Shown here: one piece after another, positions 36,948 to 47,231 of the stretch
Layout: the number at the start of each line of letters is the position of its first letter
How positions within the stretch are numbered: position 1 is the first letter of the stretch
From: Octopus bimaculoides
Lineage: Eukaryota
Reading direction: 5' to 3'
NCBI RefSeq assembly: GCF_001194135.2
Contig: NC_068985.1
Coordinates: forward strand, 26,403,339 to 26,450,569
DNA: 47,231 nucleotides
Translations under genes and position numbers: made by a program
The notes under the pieces: generated by a model
Told to the model about the DNA's origin: nothing
The model's database searches: none
Seen by the model: the letters and a program-made list of their open reading frames with translations, nothing else

Positions 36948-37180
36948 AGGCGGCGAGCTGGCAGAAACGTTAGCACGCCGGGCGAAATGCTTAGCGGTAT
37001 TTCGTCTGCCGCTACGTTCTGAGTTCAAATTCCGCCGAAGTCGACTTTGCCTTTCATCTTTTCGGGGTCGATTAAATAAGTACCAGTTACGCACTGGGGT
37101 CGATATAATCGACTTAATCCGTTTGTCTGTCCTTGTTTGTCCCCTCTGTGTGTAGCCCCTTGTGGGTAGTAAAGAAATAA
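36948..37180 (+). mobile_element. Family B SINE, full length
   Basis: A box-like GAGCTGGCAGAAACG, B box GAGTTCAAATTCC, central GCCTTTCATC.TTTCGGGGTCGAT..AATAAGTACCAG (resembles the Meta/MESC SINE domain as recalled), tail CCCCTTGTGGGTAGTAAAGAAATAA. Confidence 0.88.
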
Positions 37181-37611
37181 CATATATATGTAAAGGGCCT
37201 GAATTTATAGTTTAAAGTCTACAATGGAAAGAATGTGAATGGAATCCTAAGCTGAAACATTTTCAACAGAAACAGAACCATTTCCGAGAGGCACAACAGT
37301 CGCAAATTGCCCACGTCCATGAGAAATTTATCGTAGCTCTTAGTTAGGTTTACTCTGCAGTGAATCTGTATTATGTTGTAAATATCATTCACTCTGTTGT
37401 GAATATGTAACTAATGATTTCCATGAAACGTGAACAGAATCCACAAGATACAAAGTATATATTCTGCATATCTAACTTCAAACCACCGGAGGAAGTCGCT
37501 TTTGAGGTATCAATTTCTGAAATTTTCTTTGCTCCAGCTGTGAAAGTTTGTCTCGGTGACCCGTACAAATAAATAAATGAATAAATAAACACACCAATCT
37601 TTTCATCGTAT

Positions 37612-37992
37612 CTCTTATCTTTTACTTGCTTCAGTCATTAAACCGCGGCCATACTGGGGCGCCGCCTTAAAGAAATTTTAGTCGAATGAATCTACCTCAG
37701 TACTTATTTTTTTAAAAGCCAGGCACTTATCCTATCGGTCATTTATATTTATGTACCCGCTAAATTACGGGTACGTAAGTACACCAGCACCAGTTGTCAA
37801 GTGGTCGTGGAGGACACATACACACTTATGCGGCAGGCTTCTTTCAGTTTCCATCTACCAAATCCACTAAGAAAGCTTTGGTCGGCCTGAGGCTATTGTA
37901 GAAGACAATCGCCCAAAATGCCACGTGGTGGGACTGAACCCGAAACCACGTGATTGAGAAGTAAACTTCTTACCACACAGCCACGCCTGCAC
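37612..37992 (-). mobile_element. Family A SINE
   Basis: Reverse complement similarity to 7735-8115. Confidence 0.8.
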
Positions 37993-40561
37993 CAAAATAT
38001 ATGTTGAATACCTGCGATCAACTTGCAGGTATCCTTGAATATAAGTGACAAGGTATTGCAGTACATATTGATTTCAGTTCTACACTAAATTTCAGCTAAA
38101 ACAGATTTTTCCGCTGGAATCGATTGAGATCACTTTGGATAATAGTTGAAAAGATCACAGTAAAAGTAAGATTGATGTAATAAACATCTAAATCAATAGC
38201 ATTAAATGGACTAAATGGCTTATTACAGTCGAACAGTTTTTGCATTTCAGAAGCTTCTGTCCTAGACGACCAGTTGTTTATATCAAATATGAGTATCTTC
38301 ATGTCACGCGATATATCTATCCATCCATAAATTTTGTCATGGTTGTTTGTATTGCTTATCATACACAGCAATTGAATCTCAGAAATCTTTTCGGTTTCAT
38401 TTAACGACGAAATTTGCTTTGGTTACAAACATATTTGATGGGCATCTCTCTGGCAGTGATTTTCACCAACTTTTCCATATTGTGTTCTCTCTTCTGTACA
38501 TATGGCAGGCAGCCGGTTATAATTTCTCATGTCTGACTAGTCCAGCATCGCCAATGCAGTCCACATCAAACTCGTTTCCAATACATTTTCCTTATAACTG
38601 ACTAGAATATCTCAGATATTTTATTTTATCAGCTGCATCTTACTTTTGAATCCCATAGACACACGACCAGGTGGATACTTTGTAACTGATATCCACAGGT
38701 CCTTTTCCATAAACATTGTCAAATTTATGGCCACTATATCAACCAGATTCAGTATCTGCATCTAGCTGTGAGAACAGTGTAATTATGGTACTCTTGGAAG
38801 TAAAAAAAAAAATCCATCGTCCCCACCTCCTTTATCTGCAGAATTTTTTTAAAATACAAAAATAAGAACATTGCATTAGAAAGTAAAGTATTTACTATGC
38901 ATGAAATATGAATAACTGGAATTATTGGATATAATAGCAGGCATGAAATCTTACTTTCTGCAGAGCACATGCAGATTAAAAATCATGCCTATGACACAAT
39001 TCTAAACATTAATCCATTTTTAGACGTTCATATGGCGTATATTATGTTTCATACCTTGTTAGCATCATGTCATGATTGACTTAATGCCTTGTTCATTCTA
39101 GTCTGACAAGATAATTAACCAACAGATGGCAAATGGTTCTGTCTTGCTATTTGTGTGTGCGTGTGTTGATCCTTAGAGCTTAGTAATTTCATACTTGTAG
39201 GAAAATGTGAAATAAATTTCTACTTACATGATGTTTTCGAAAAACAAATAACAAGGAAAAATAATCTAAACACAGTTTTAAATAGCGTTGTCTCATTACT
39301 TGACAAAATGAAGTCATAATTGTACATTTCAGGTTGATTACTTTGCATTTCGGGAACACTGCGCACTTATTTTATATATTGCCTTAAGCTGTCTTAAAAA
39401 AAAAGAAGCCCAACCACTTTGGATGATATTAATCCGGGGTACATATATTTTATAATCATGTCTTGATCTGTTCGATGAGTGCTAATACGAGGCCGTACAG
39501 CAGCGTTCGGTTGTATCCGGTCATTGACATAAACGTTGTCTATAGCATATTTTACTCGCAACGGACCCATTCATCTAGTTATGAGTAATTATTGCAAAAG
39601 CAATAATCTATATGAGTTCCATTACTCATACAGTCCAATTACTCATATAGAACACTTTGCCTGTCTATCGCAGGCAATGTTTAATTTTGAAGACAGAGAA
39701 GATAAGTACTGGAAGGGGCAAAAATTAGTTTCCCTGCCTCCATTTATCAGATGATTGATATCTCTTTATTTTCAATGTCTTCTTCATATTCCGATAGAGT
39801 GAGGTTCGGGGGAAATAAAAACAAGTGCAGTTTTTTACGAATTCCTACTATGCTTGGAGACGTCTGGTGGTAAAATTAACATTCATTATTGTTTGAAATG
39901 TTGCACAGTCGAACCCATAGTCTGTGCGACTGTGGTTATAATTGCGCTGTCTAACGATCCAACGTTATATTGCTTACTTTGAGAAATTGCATTGCTCTCA
40001 TATAAAACTATAAAAAGAAATATCTTTTTTAAATTTTGTTCCTCATGAACCCAGGCAGTAGTGTAGCTAGATGGGGACGAGGGGATGGTCGGCTCCGGGC
40101 GACACTTTTATGGGGACAATAGTTTTGGGTTTACTGTATAAGCCTGTATAAGGGTCGGGGTGTGATGGGTGGCTAAAACAAGGGCTTCTTCGATTGGCCA
40201 CTGGATCAAGGGACCTTTTAAAACCAGTGTCTACTTTCGGTTATTAGATTCGAAGTAAGCGAGAGAAACGTTTCCTAGTGGATAGGATGCTGGAGCATCG
40301 TAGATGATACCCTTTGGTGATCTGGCAACTAACTATTCCATGCAGTTAGGTGAACTGAGGTGAGATAGAATAAAATGCTCTTCTCAGAAACACACAGAAC
40401 TGTATGCAGATTATTTGAACAAACGACTATAAACAAGTTGTCTGAAAATTAAGATACATGTGAACGCTCTCGTTCACACATATCACCAATTATCTTGGTG
40501 TATATGAAATGGTATGTATCCATATATAGAAGTATTTTGTAAGAAATCATTACTATTGAAA

Positions 40562-40802
40562 CCAAAGCTAGCGAGTTGGCTGAATCGCCAGCACGCCGGG
40601 CAAAATGCTTAGCGGCATTTCGTCCGTCTTTAAGTTTTGGGTTCAAATTTCGCCGAGGTCGACTTTGCTATTTATCCTTTCGGGGTCGATAAAATAAGTA
40701 CCAGTTGAGCACTGGGGTCAATGTAATCGACTTAGCCCATCCCCCGCGAAATAGCTGGCACTGGGCCAAAATTTGAAATTATTATTATTATTATTATTAT
40801 CA
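40562..40802 (+). mobile_element. Family B SINE with alternative tail ending in (ATT)n
   Basis: Family B head and body; tail GCTGGCACTGGGCCAAAATTTGAAATT(ATT)n. Confidence 0.8.
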
Positions 40803-41052
40803 TTCTTAGTAGGATTTATGTGAGTAGCGGGATATACTACCTGTAACCTTAGGTATCCACTAGCTTTCAACAGTCTTTCAAGTGCTTAGAACCCTCCTGA
40901 TAATCTTTCCTGTCCCTGAGAGGCAAATGTTCTGTAGAAGCTCTACAGGATATTCTATTCCGATCTTCTTCAACCATTTGTCTATATATTTGCCTACAGT
41001 TCCCAATGTACCAATTATTACAGGTACAACTTTTACAGTTACCATATTCCAA
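40803..41052 (-). mobile_element. R4/Dong-like non-LTR retrotransposon 3' fragment
   Basis: WNMVTVKVVPVIIGTLGTV...WLKKIGI...LLQNICLSGTGKIIRRVL*, resembling the REL-endonuclease C-terminus; (TAA)n on both sides. Confidence 0.7.
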
Positions 41053-41059
41053 ATTATTA

Positions 41060-42042
41060 TTATTACCTCCGCCTTCGCTAAGGTGGAAATATTGTTTTCA
41101 GTCGTGTTTGTTTGTTTGTCAGTGGACAAGATATCTCAAGAACCGCTGGATGAATTCGAATGAAACTTTCAGGGATGTTTGGCCTCGTGACTGGCACGAA
41201 CTGATTAGAGACAGAAGAAGTAAAGACGAAGGAAAACAGAACGAAAGCGACAAAGGAGGGAGTGATGGGTTTGTCAGCCCCAAAAGGAGAATAAAGGCAA
41301 AATCAAGAGAACACTCGCAAGGACCAGCAGCAGAAACAGAGAGGACTCCCCCAAAAGGCAGGGAGCCGCCTAAACTCAAGCATACGTATACAGTAGAGAC
41401 GGAACCAAGAGGGAAAGAATTTAGACATAAGACATTCTTGATCTTCTACGTAAAGAGTGTGGAGGTGGTAAGGAGAATATCCAAGTGGAAGGGATTAGTA
41501 AAGGTAAAGCTACTTAGGGAGAAATTCAAGGAGAATGAACGGTGTGTTTTACTGAATGACGAAAGATACGAAGTATTCATGGATTCATATCGTGAACTGG
41601 TAACAATGATTGACGGGCTGGTGTTGTACGATACCCTGCCGCCCGTGGTGGAATATGAAGAGTTGAGAAATTTTAGACAAAGATATAATGTATGATATGA
41701 ACAATATAAAAAAAAATTGATGAAGATGTGAACTTTTTGTTTAAAAAAAGGGGGAAAAAAGAGATAAAAACTGTCCAAAATAATGTCTAAATGTAACCAC
41801 TCGACTTCGGGGGTCGAGTGGGTGAGCATTGCGCCTCATTTTTATCCTTTTCATAATTTCATTCGATTCTTTTTATTTTTTCTTCCTTGCTCGATTTCTT
41901 TTTGTATTTTTATTTCCCAGATTATATGTTTTGTATTGTCTTTGTAATGTGTAACCTCTATGTTTGGCTCCTTGTGGGCAATAAAAAAAATCAAAGACGT
42001 TGTTGTTGCCTTGGCGGAAGTTTGCGCTCTCTGAGTGCTCTT
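41060..42042 (+). mobile_element. Non-autonomous Helentron-type (HINE/DINE-1-like) element, split by an insertion
   Basis: 5' TTATTACCTCCGCC...GTTTGTTTGTTTGTC...GAAACTTTCAGG; 3' GCCTTGGCGGAAG (subterminal IR) plus palindrome GCGCTC-TCT-GAGTGC then TT. Confidence 0.65.
41205..41990 (+). mobile_element. LINE-like fragment (ORF1-like coding tail, 3' UTR hairpin, A-tail) inside the Helentron
   Basis: Basic/acidic ORF to 41695, hairpin CCACTCGAC-N7-GTCGAGTGG, T-rich UTR, ends CTTGTGGGCAATAAAAAAAA. L1/Tx1 affinity is inferred only. Confidence 0.5.
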
Positions 42043-42071
42043 ATTATTATTATTATTATTACGACTACAAG

Positions 42072-42295
42072 TCAGGTAGCAAACTGATAAAATTGCTAGC
42101 ACGCCAGGCAAGATACTTAGCGCTATTTAATCTCTCTTTATGTTCTGAGTTCAAATGCCGTCGAAACAGACTTTACCTTCATTCTTTCGGAGTCAATAGA
42201 GAAAGTACCAGTCGAATACCGGAGTCGATGTAATCGGCTAGCCCTACCACAACCCAAATTTCAAGCTTTTTGCCTATAATAAAAAGAATAATTAT
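42072..42295 (+). mobile_element. Family B SINE, diverged
   Basis: GCTAGCACGCC...GTTCTGAGTTCAAAT...CTTTCGGAGTCAATA..AAGTACCAG. Confidence 0.7.
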
Positions 42296-42411
42296 TAAAG
42301 CCATTTCTAGAAAAGTGTTCATATATGTCAGTTCTTCCTTCTCTTTTGTGAAGATGACAGCTTTGTAAATAAGAAATTAATTACAATTACACCCTTCTTC
42401 AGTGATGTTTT

Positions 42412-42591
42412 ATCCTTTACTTGTTCCAGTCGTTTGACTGTGGTCATGCTGGGGCACCGCCCGAAGGGTTTTTAGTCGAATGAATCGACCACTTATTCTA
42501 TCGGTTCTTTTGCCGAACCGCTGTTTACGAGGACGTTAACAAACCGACACCAATTTTCAAGCAGTGGTAGGGGACGAACACAAAGGCACAC

Positions 42592-42647
<56 letters not shown>

Positions 42648-42790
42648 CCTTTCAGTTTCTGTCTACCAAATCCACCCACAAGACTCTGGTCGGTCCAGAG
42701 TTATAGTAGAAGACATTTGCCCAAGTTGCCACACAGTGAGATTGAACCCGGGACTATGTGGTTGGGTAAAACTTCTTACCTCACAGCCCC
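42412..42790 (-). mobile_element. Family A SINE containing a (CTAT)n microsatellite (42592-42647)
   Basis: Reverse complement similarity; the internal microsatellite here is a tetranucleotide. Confidence 0.75.
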
Positions 42791-43668
42791 GCCTGAGAAT
42801 AATCACTATCTTAATTATCAAGTTTGGTAAAAAAAAAAAAGAAAGAAAAAAAAAAGCAAATAGAAAAAGCGGGACAACTCTCGAAATTTTAACTGATTAA
42901 AATTAAATTTCGCCACTTGTTCATATGTCAAAAAAATAAACGTTGGTACTATATTTGATAAAGCGTATCTGCTTTTCTAAACAGGATGGACGAAATCATT
43001 TTTAATTCAGGCACAACAATTGCCAAATTTCGTTTTCCATCTTTCCCTTTTACAAACTTTATATATCTAGGCATTGCTGACTTTTTTTTTGTGTGTGTGT
43101 ACATATCATAGTTGGAGAAGCTGGCCTTCTTACGCGTCGGCCTACTCAAAAGTAACTCTTACCACACTTGTAATGTGATTCTATCAGGAGCAGTCAGTGA
43201 AACACAGTCGTCACTTTAGGAAGAAGAAAGTGAGAAAGAGAGCATGCGGAAAAAAGTTATTTTCTCTTCTCATGCTGCTGCTAACACCATTTATTTCAAA
43301 TTTATATGAATATACAAGCTAGCTAGTGTTTTGCTTATAGTTAAATATATTGTCAGACGCATATTTATATTCTTCCTCGTCTAAGTCTGTATTCCGTCTT
43401 TGCCTTTAATTTTTTTTTTTTCTGTACACGTGTCCCACTCTTGGCTCTGCTATCGTTACAATCACCTGAATCAGCAGAATAATTCTTAGCTTGTCTCCAT
43501 CGGAACTCATCTGCGATTTTTAGATACTTTGTTGTTTCACCACCGAAATTCTTCGAACAACTTTCATAAATGATTTGTTGGTGATGTAAATTTTTAATAG
43601 GCTGTTTACTAGAATACTTTTTGAAACTTATATATATTTTTATACAGAAGGATTTATATTTATATAAC

Positions 43669-44100
43669 ATGGCGTTAAGGGGACTTATTCTGGGCTTCTG
43701 CCTGGTGAATATTGCACAAATATTAGCAATTGAACCATCATCAGATACATACGATGAAATGTACAGCAGGGCAAGGGATGCTTACAGGAGTCAAAGCTGG
43801 CCTGAATGTGTGAAACAAATCAATGATGCTTTGAAAGATTATAAATTCTATCGAAGTACTTTAATTACTTGTCGGCGTGAATGTCGAGGAAATGTGATAA
43901 ATGAAAATGAAACTTCAGTTACCCCGGAATTGGAGAATATGATACCGTTTTTCTTCAAGATTATCAAAGTATCGAACTGTGTTCGAATTTGTAAACAAAA
44001 GAACATGCCTAACAGGCCTGATGTAGCTGTTCACTTAGATGTCGAAGACGATTTCGAGATGCGAATGCCTTACGATTATTTACAGTTCTGTCATTATAAG
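43669..44100 (+). CDS. First coding exon of a leprecan-family gene (CRTAP / prolyl 3-hydroxylase / P3H4-like); gene continues beyond the window
   Basis: Signal peptide MALRGLILGFCLVNIAQILA; YDEMYSRARDAY..SW helix; CRREC and CVRIC (CxxxC pairs); ends DFEMRMPYDYLQFCHYK (cf. PYNYLQFAYFK); acceptor at 43647, donor gtaagt at 44101. CRTAP and P3H cannot be separated from this exon. Confidence 0.88.
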
Positions 44101-45127
44101 GTAAGTCCGAATACTTTTTTTCCCTTACATGAATGAACTGCATATTTGAAATACCCCTTTATATCGATCTAACCCCTTAAAATTAGGTTAAACCTGAAAC
44201 GTTCTCTAATACATTGGCGTTACAGACTTCGTGGGCCTTTTATGTTCGAATGACATTTAATTTGTTTCCTATTATAATTACACTGAGTGTAAACCCTAAG
44301 CCCCTTTCTCTGATGAAAGTTTTAATAGTTATTTGTATTTCCATTAACTATAGTGGATGGCTACTAACTTAATGGTGAAACTTTTATCTGATAAACAACT
44401 AATCAACAATCAAGATGAGATACAAATTAAACTTTGTTTGGGACAAGTTGACATTTCTTACTCAGTGTTTCTCCCTCGTAATACAAGAAGCCTGAAATGT
44501 AGTTAAAGTAATGTTTAGAGGAGAAATAATAAGATGTGACTATGAATGTGACACAAACAAATCTGAAGAATTTTCCTTCGGTGACACTTACTGCATCGAT
44601 GATACTTAAATATTAAAACTTCTAGAAAGTTTTTGCTTACTTTGACAATTCTAATTGATGGATGTGACTGACAGCGAGTATGTTTACATGTAAAGAATTT
44701 TGTAATCGTGTTCTACCGTAATTATACATATTCTTAAAGCTGATGATATGTCACATTTTTATAAAACGTTTCTAAAATAAATCCACAACTTCTATGATGC
44801 TTGTTGGAAGGAGCACAAACTTTTAGATTTCCTCATCTTGCTAAAATTCTTCAAAGTTCCGCGAATTGAGTTTCTGGCGCTTCGGTACAACTGCAGGCCG
44901 ACACGTTACATCTATATAAAATCAACGATAATTAACCTTTCAAATGCAGAAACTTATTTTGTTATATAATAGTCATATTGAATTATTATTAGTCAATATA
45001 TATATATATATATATATTGTATAATATGTAGGCCTATATTATTATACACACATAATGTTATATATAATATATTGCTTTATATATATTATATAAGCATTGA
45101 AAGTTTTGTTTTATATATATTATAGTT

Positions 45128-45495
45128 AAGAAGCCACATGAACGCGGCACCTTGAGCAAGTGTTTTATACTGTAGCCTCGGTCAATTAATGCTATATGAA
45201 TGGATTTGATAGATAAAAGCTGAAAGAAGGCTGTCATGTACATGCATGCATACATACATGCATGAATATATACATATGCATGTGTGTGTATGTGTTTATG
45301 TATGCCTCCACAACAGCTTGGCAACCGGAATTGTTTTGTTTACGTCCCTGTAACTTAGTGGTTTGGGAAACGGCCGCGAGAAAATAAGCACCAGACTTAA
45401 AAATAAATTCTGGGGTCGAATTATTTAACTACACTTGCCTTGGTGGTGCCCCAACATGACCCCAGTCGTGTGACTGAAAAAAATGAAAGATAAAA
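45128..45495 (+). mobile_element. Family A SINE, diverged
   Basis: GGCACCTTGAGCAAGTG..., microsatellite, 3' half. Confidence 0.65.
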
Positions 45496-46286
45496 AATAA
45501 TTATGTATACATATGTCTGTCTGTCTGTCTGTCTGTCTGTGTATGTGTATATATAAGTATGTATACATGTATGTGTATGTATATATATATATNNNNNNNN
45601 NNNNNNNNNNNNNNNNNNNNNNNNNNNNNNNNNNNNNNNNNNNNNNNNNNNNNNNNNNNNNNNNNNNNNNNNNNNNNNNNNNNNNNNNNNNNNNNNNNNN
45701 NNNNNNNNNNNNNNNNNNNNNNNNNNNNNNNNNNNNNNNNNNNNNNNNNNNNNNNNNNNNNNNNNNNNNNNNNNNNNNNNNNNNNNNNNNNNNNNNNNNN
45801 NNNNNNNNNNNNNNNNNNNNNNNNNNNNNNNNNNNNNNNNNNNNNNNNNNNNNNNNNNNNNNNNNNNNNNNNNNNNNNNNNNNNNNNNNNNNNNNNNNNN
45901 NNNNNNNNNNNNNNNNNNNNNNNNNNNNNNNNNNNNNNNNNNNNNNNNNNNNNNNNNNNNNNNNNNNNNNNNNNNNNNNNNNNNNNNNNNNNNNNNNNNN
46001 NNNNNNNNNNNNNNNNNNNNNNNNNNNNNNNNNNNNNNNNNNNNNNNNNNNNNNNNNNNNNTATATATATATATATATATATGTATATACAGCAATAAGA
46101 AAATGGAGGGGATGGAGAGGTGGTATTCATCAACTTTTAGACATTATATTATGTCTATTTATTTCTTAAAAAGACAATTATAACAATATACATACATGTA
46201 TAACATATTATGCTTTACATATATAATATATAAAATACCAGTAATTATTAAAATATATAACATAGAGAATAGAAAATAGGATAATA

Positions 46287-46408
46287 TCTTACAGCTGTTT
46301 CAGGCAAGAAGCCATAGTACTCCATTCTACTTTTATCCCTCCAGTTGTCTGAAGTATTTGGTAGATAAGATTAAGGTACTTAGGTGTGTCTCTGGGCTTC
46401 GTCAGAGA
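46287..46408 (-). ncRNA. Hammerhead-ribozyme-like motif, left arm (mirror copy)
   Basis: TCGTCAG at 46399-46405 and TACAGCTGTTTC at 46290-46301. Confidence 0.48.
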
Positions 46409-46687
46409 GTTTAGAAAGTTCATAATGTTAAGTTATAAATATAAATACATACATATATACATACTTTTACATATACATACATATACATAAACACATATAC
46501 ATATATTTAAATGTATATGCATACAAAGGAATCAATTATAATAATAACAATTGATTCCTTTGTATGCATATACATTTAAATATATGTATATGTGTTTATG
46601 TATATTTATGTATATGTATGTATATGTAAAAGTATGTATATATGTATGTATTTATATTTATAACTTAAAATTATGAACTTACTAAAC

Positions 46688-46809
46688 TCTCTGACGAAGC
46701 CCAGAGACACACCTAAGTACCTTAATCTTATCTACCAAATACTTCAGTCCACTGGAGGGATAAAAGTAGAATGGGGTACTATGGCTTCTTGCCTGAAACA
46801 GCTGTAAGA
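46688..46809 (+). ncRNA. Hammerhead-ribozyme-like motif (type I), right arm
   Basis: TCT-CTGACGA (46691-46697) ... GAAA-C-AGCT-G-TA (46795-46806) - AGA; the 97-nt stem II region contains nested helices. Confidence 0.5.
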
Positions 46810-47231
46810 TATTATCCTATTTTCTATTCTCTATGTTATATATTTTAATAATTACTGGTATTTTATATATGTAAAGCATAATATGTTATACATGTATGTA
46901 TATTGTTATAATTGTCTTTTTAAAAAATAAATAAATATACATAATATAATGTCTAAAAGTTGATGAATACCACCTCCTGATCACCTCCATTTTCTTATTG
47001 CTGTATAAATTAAGGGTAAAATAACTTTTTACCCTCACCCATTTATTACACTCGGTAATGTAATTGTCATGCGATGAAAAAACACTTGTGTATTAATAAT
47101 TGGGTATTCTACCAGCAGTATATTGGATAGATGTTATCCCTTAGTTGCTTGGATTCACAACTCCTAACTCTCTTGGAATTTTATATATATATATATATAC
47201 AATAATATTATTAGGGACAAAATCCAAAATT

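Larger units (their letters stand above)
46086..47007. repeat. Long inverted repeat (arms 46086-46537 and 46549-47007, 11-nt spacer)
   Basis: Arms are reverse complements with scattered substitutions and indels. Confidence 0.92.

Noticed and set aside
38096-38760. Coding-looking AT-rich islands (also 19000-19400, 22300-22650, 24680-25180, 30140-30590, 33350-33650, 37389-37592, 39536-39790) as one large pseudogene
   Set aside because: Frames are interrupted by stops, show no recognisable motif and look equally plausible on either strand. TBLASTX would be needed.
43365-43670. 101-aa minus-strand ORF as a gene
   Set aside because: It includes poly-A-derived lysines and low-complexity TA sequence, with no family resemblance.
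10265-46169. Long ORFs at 10265-11147, 26572-27235, 36291-36662 and 45421-46169
   Set aside because: They are open only because of N runs or tandem repeats.
46086-47007. Palindrome as a pure assembly fold-back artefact
   Set aside because: The arms differ by multiple substitutions and indels, which a duplicated read would not produce. Not fully excluded because a gap is adjacent.

Overview
AT-rich, repeat-dense eukaryotic DNA with six assembly gaps (6436-6447, 10478-10908, 19732-19742, 26638-27099, 36308-36516, 45593-46061). The SINE repertoire suggests a cephalopod, probably Octopus (inference from recall). Two protein-coding genes are well supported. (1) A five-exon + strand gene (CDS 2252-12904, about 378 aa) with an N-terminal death domain, a TRAF6-binding-type PxExxF motif and a C-terminal SEFIR domain, i.e. 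an Act1/CIKS(L)-like IL-17 pathway adaptor. (2) The first coding exon (43669-44100) of a secreted leprecan-family gene (CRTAP/prolyl 3-hydroxylase). Most of the rest is transposon debris: RTE LINE pieces, an L1/Tx1 LINE, Penelope-like and R4/Dong-like fragments, two mariners (one split by a solo LTR with an intact 4-bp TSD), hAT and piggyBac MITEs, a Helentron-type element and many tRNA-derived SINEs. The most unusual structure is a ~920-bp diverged palindrome (46086-47007) whose two arms each carry a hammerhead-ribozyme-like motif with an extended stem II. Other notable items are a 62-bp minisatellite grown out of a LINE 3' UTR, a SINE/LINE shared 3' tail, a nested TE stack at (TAA)n tracts, and a TATA/CCAAT promoter whose ATG runs into an assembly gap. 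No CRISPR, rRNA or true tRNA genes were seen. All calls were made by eye; no database searches were run.
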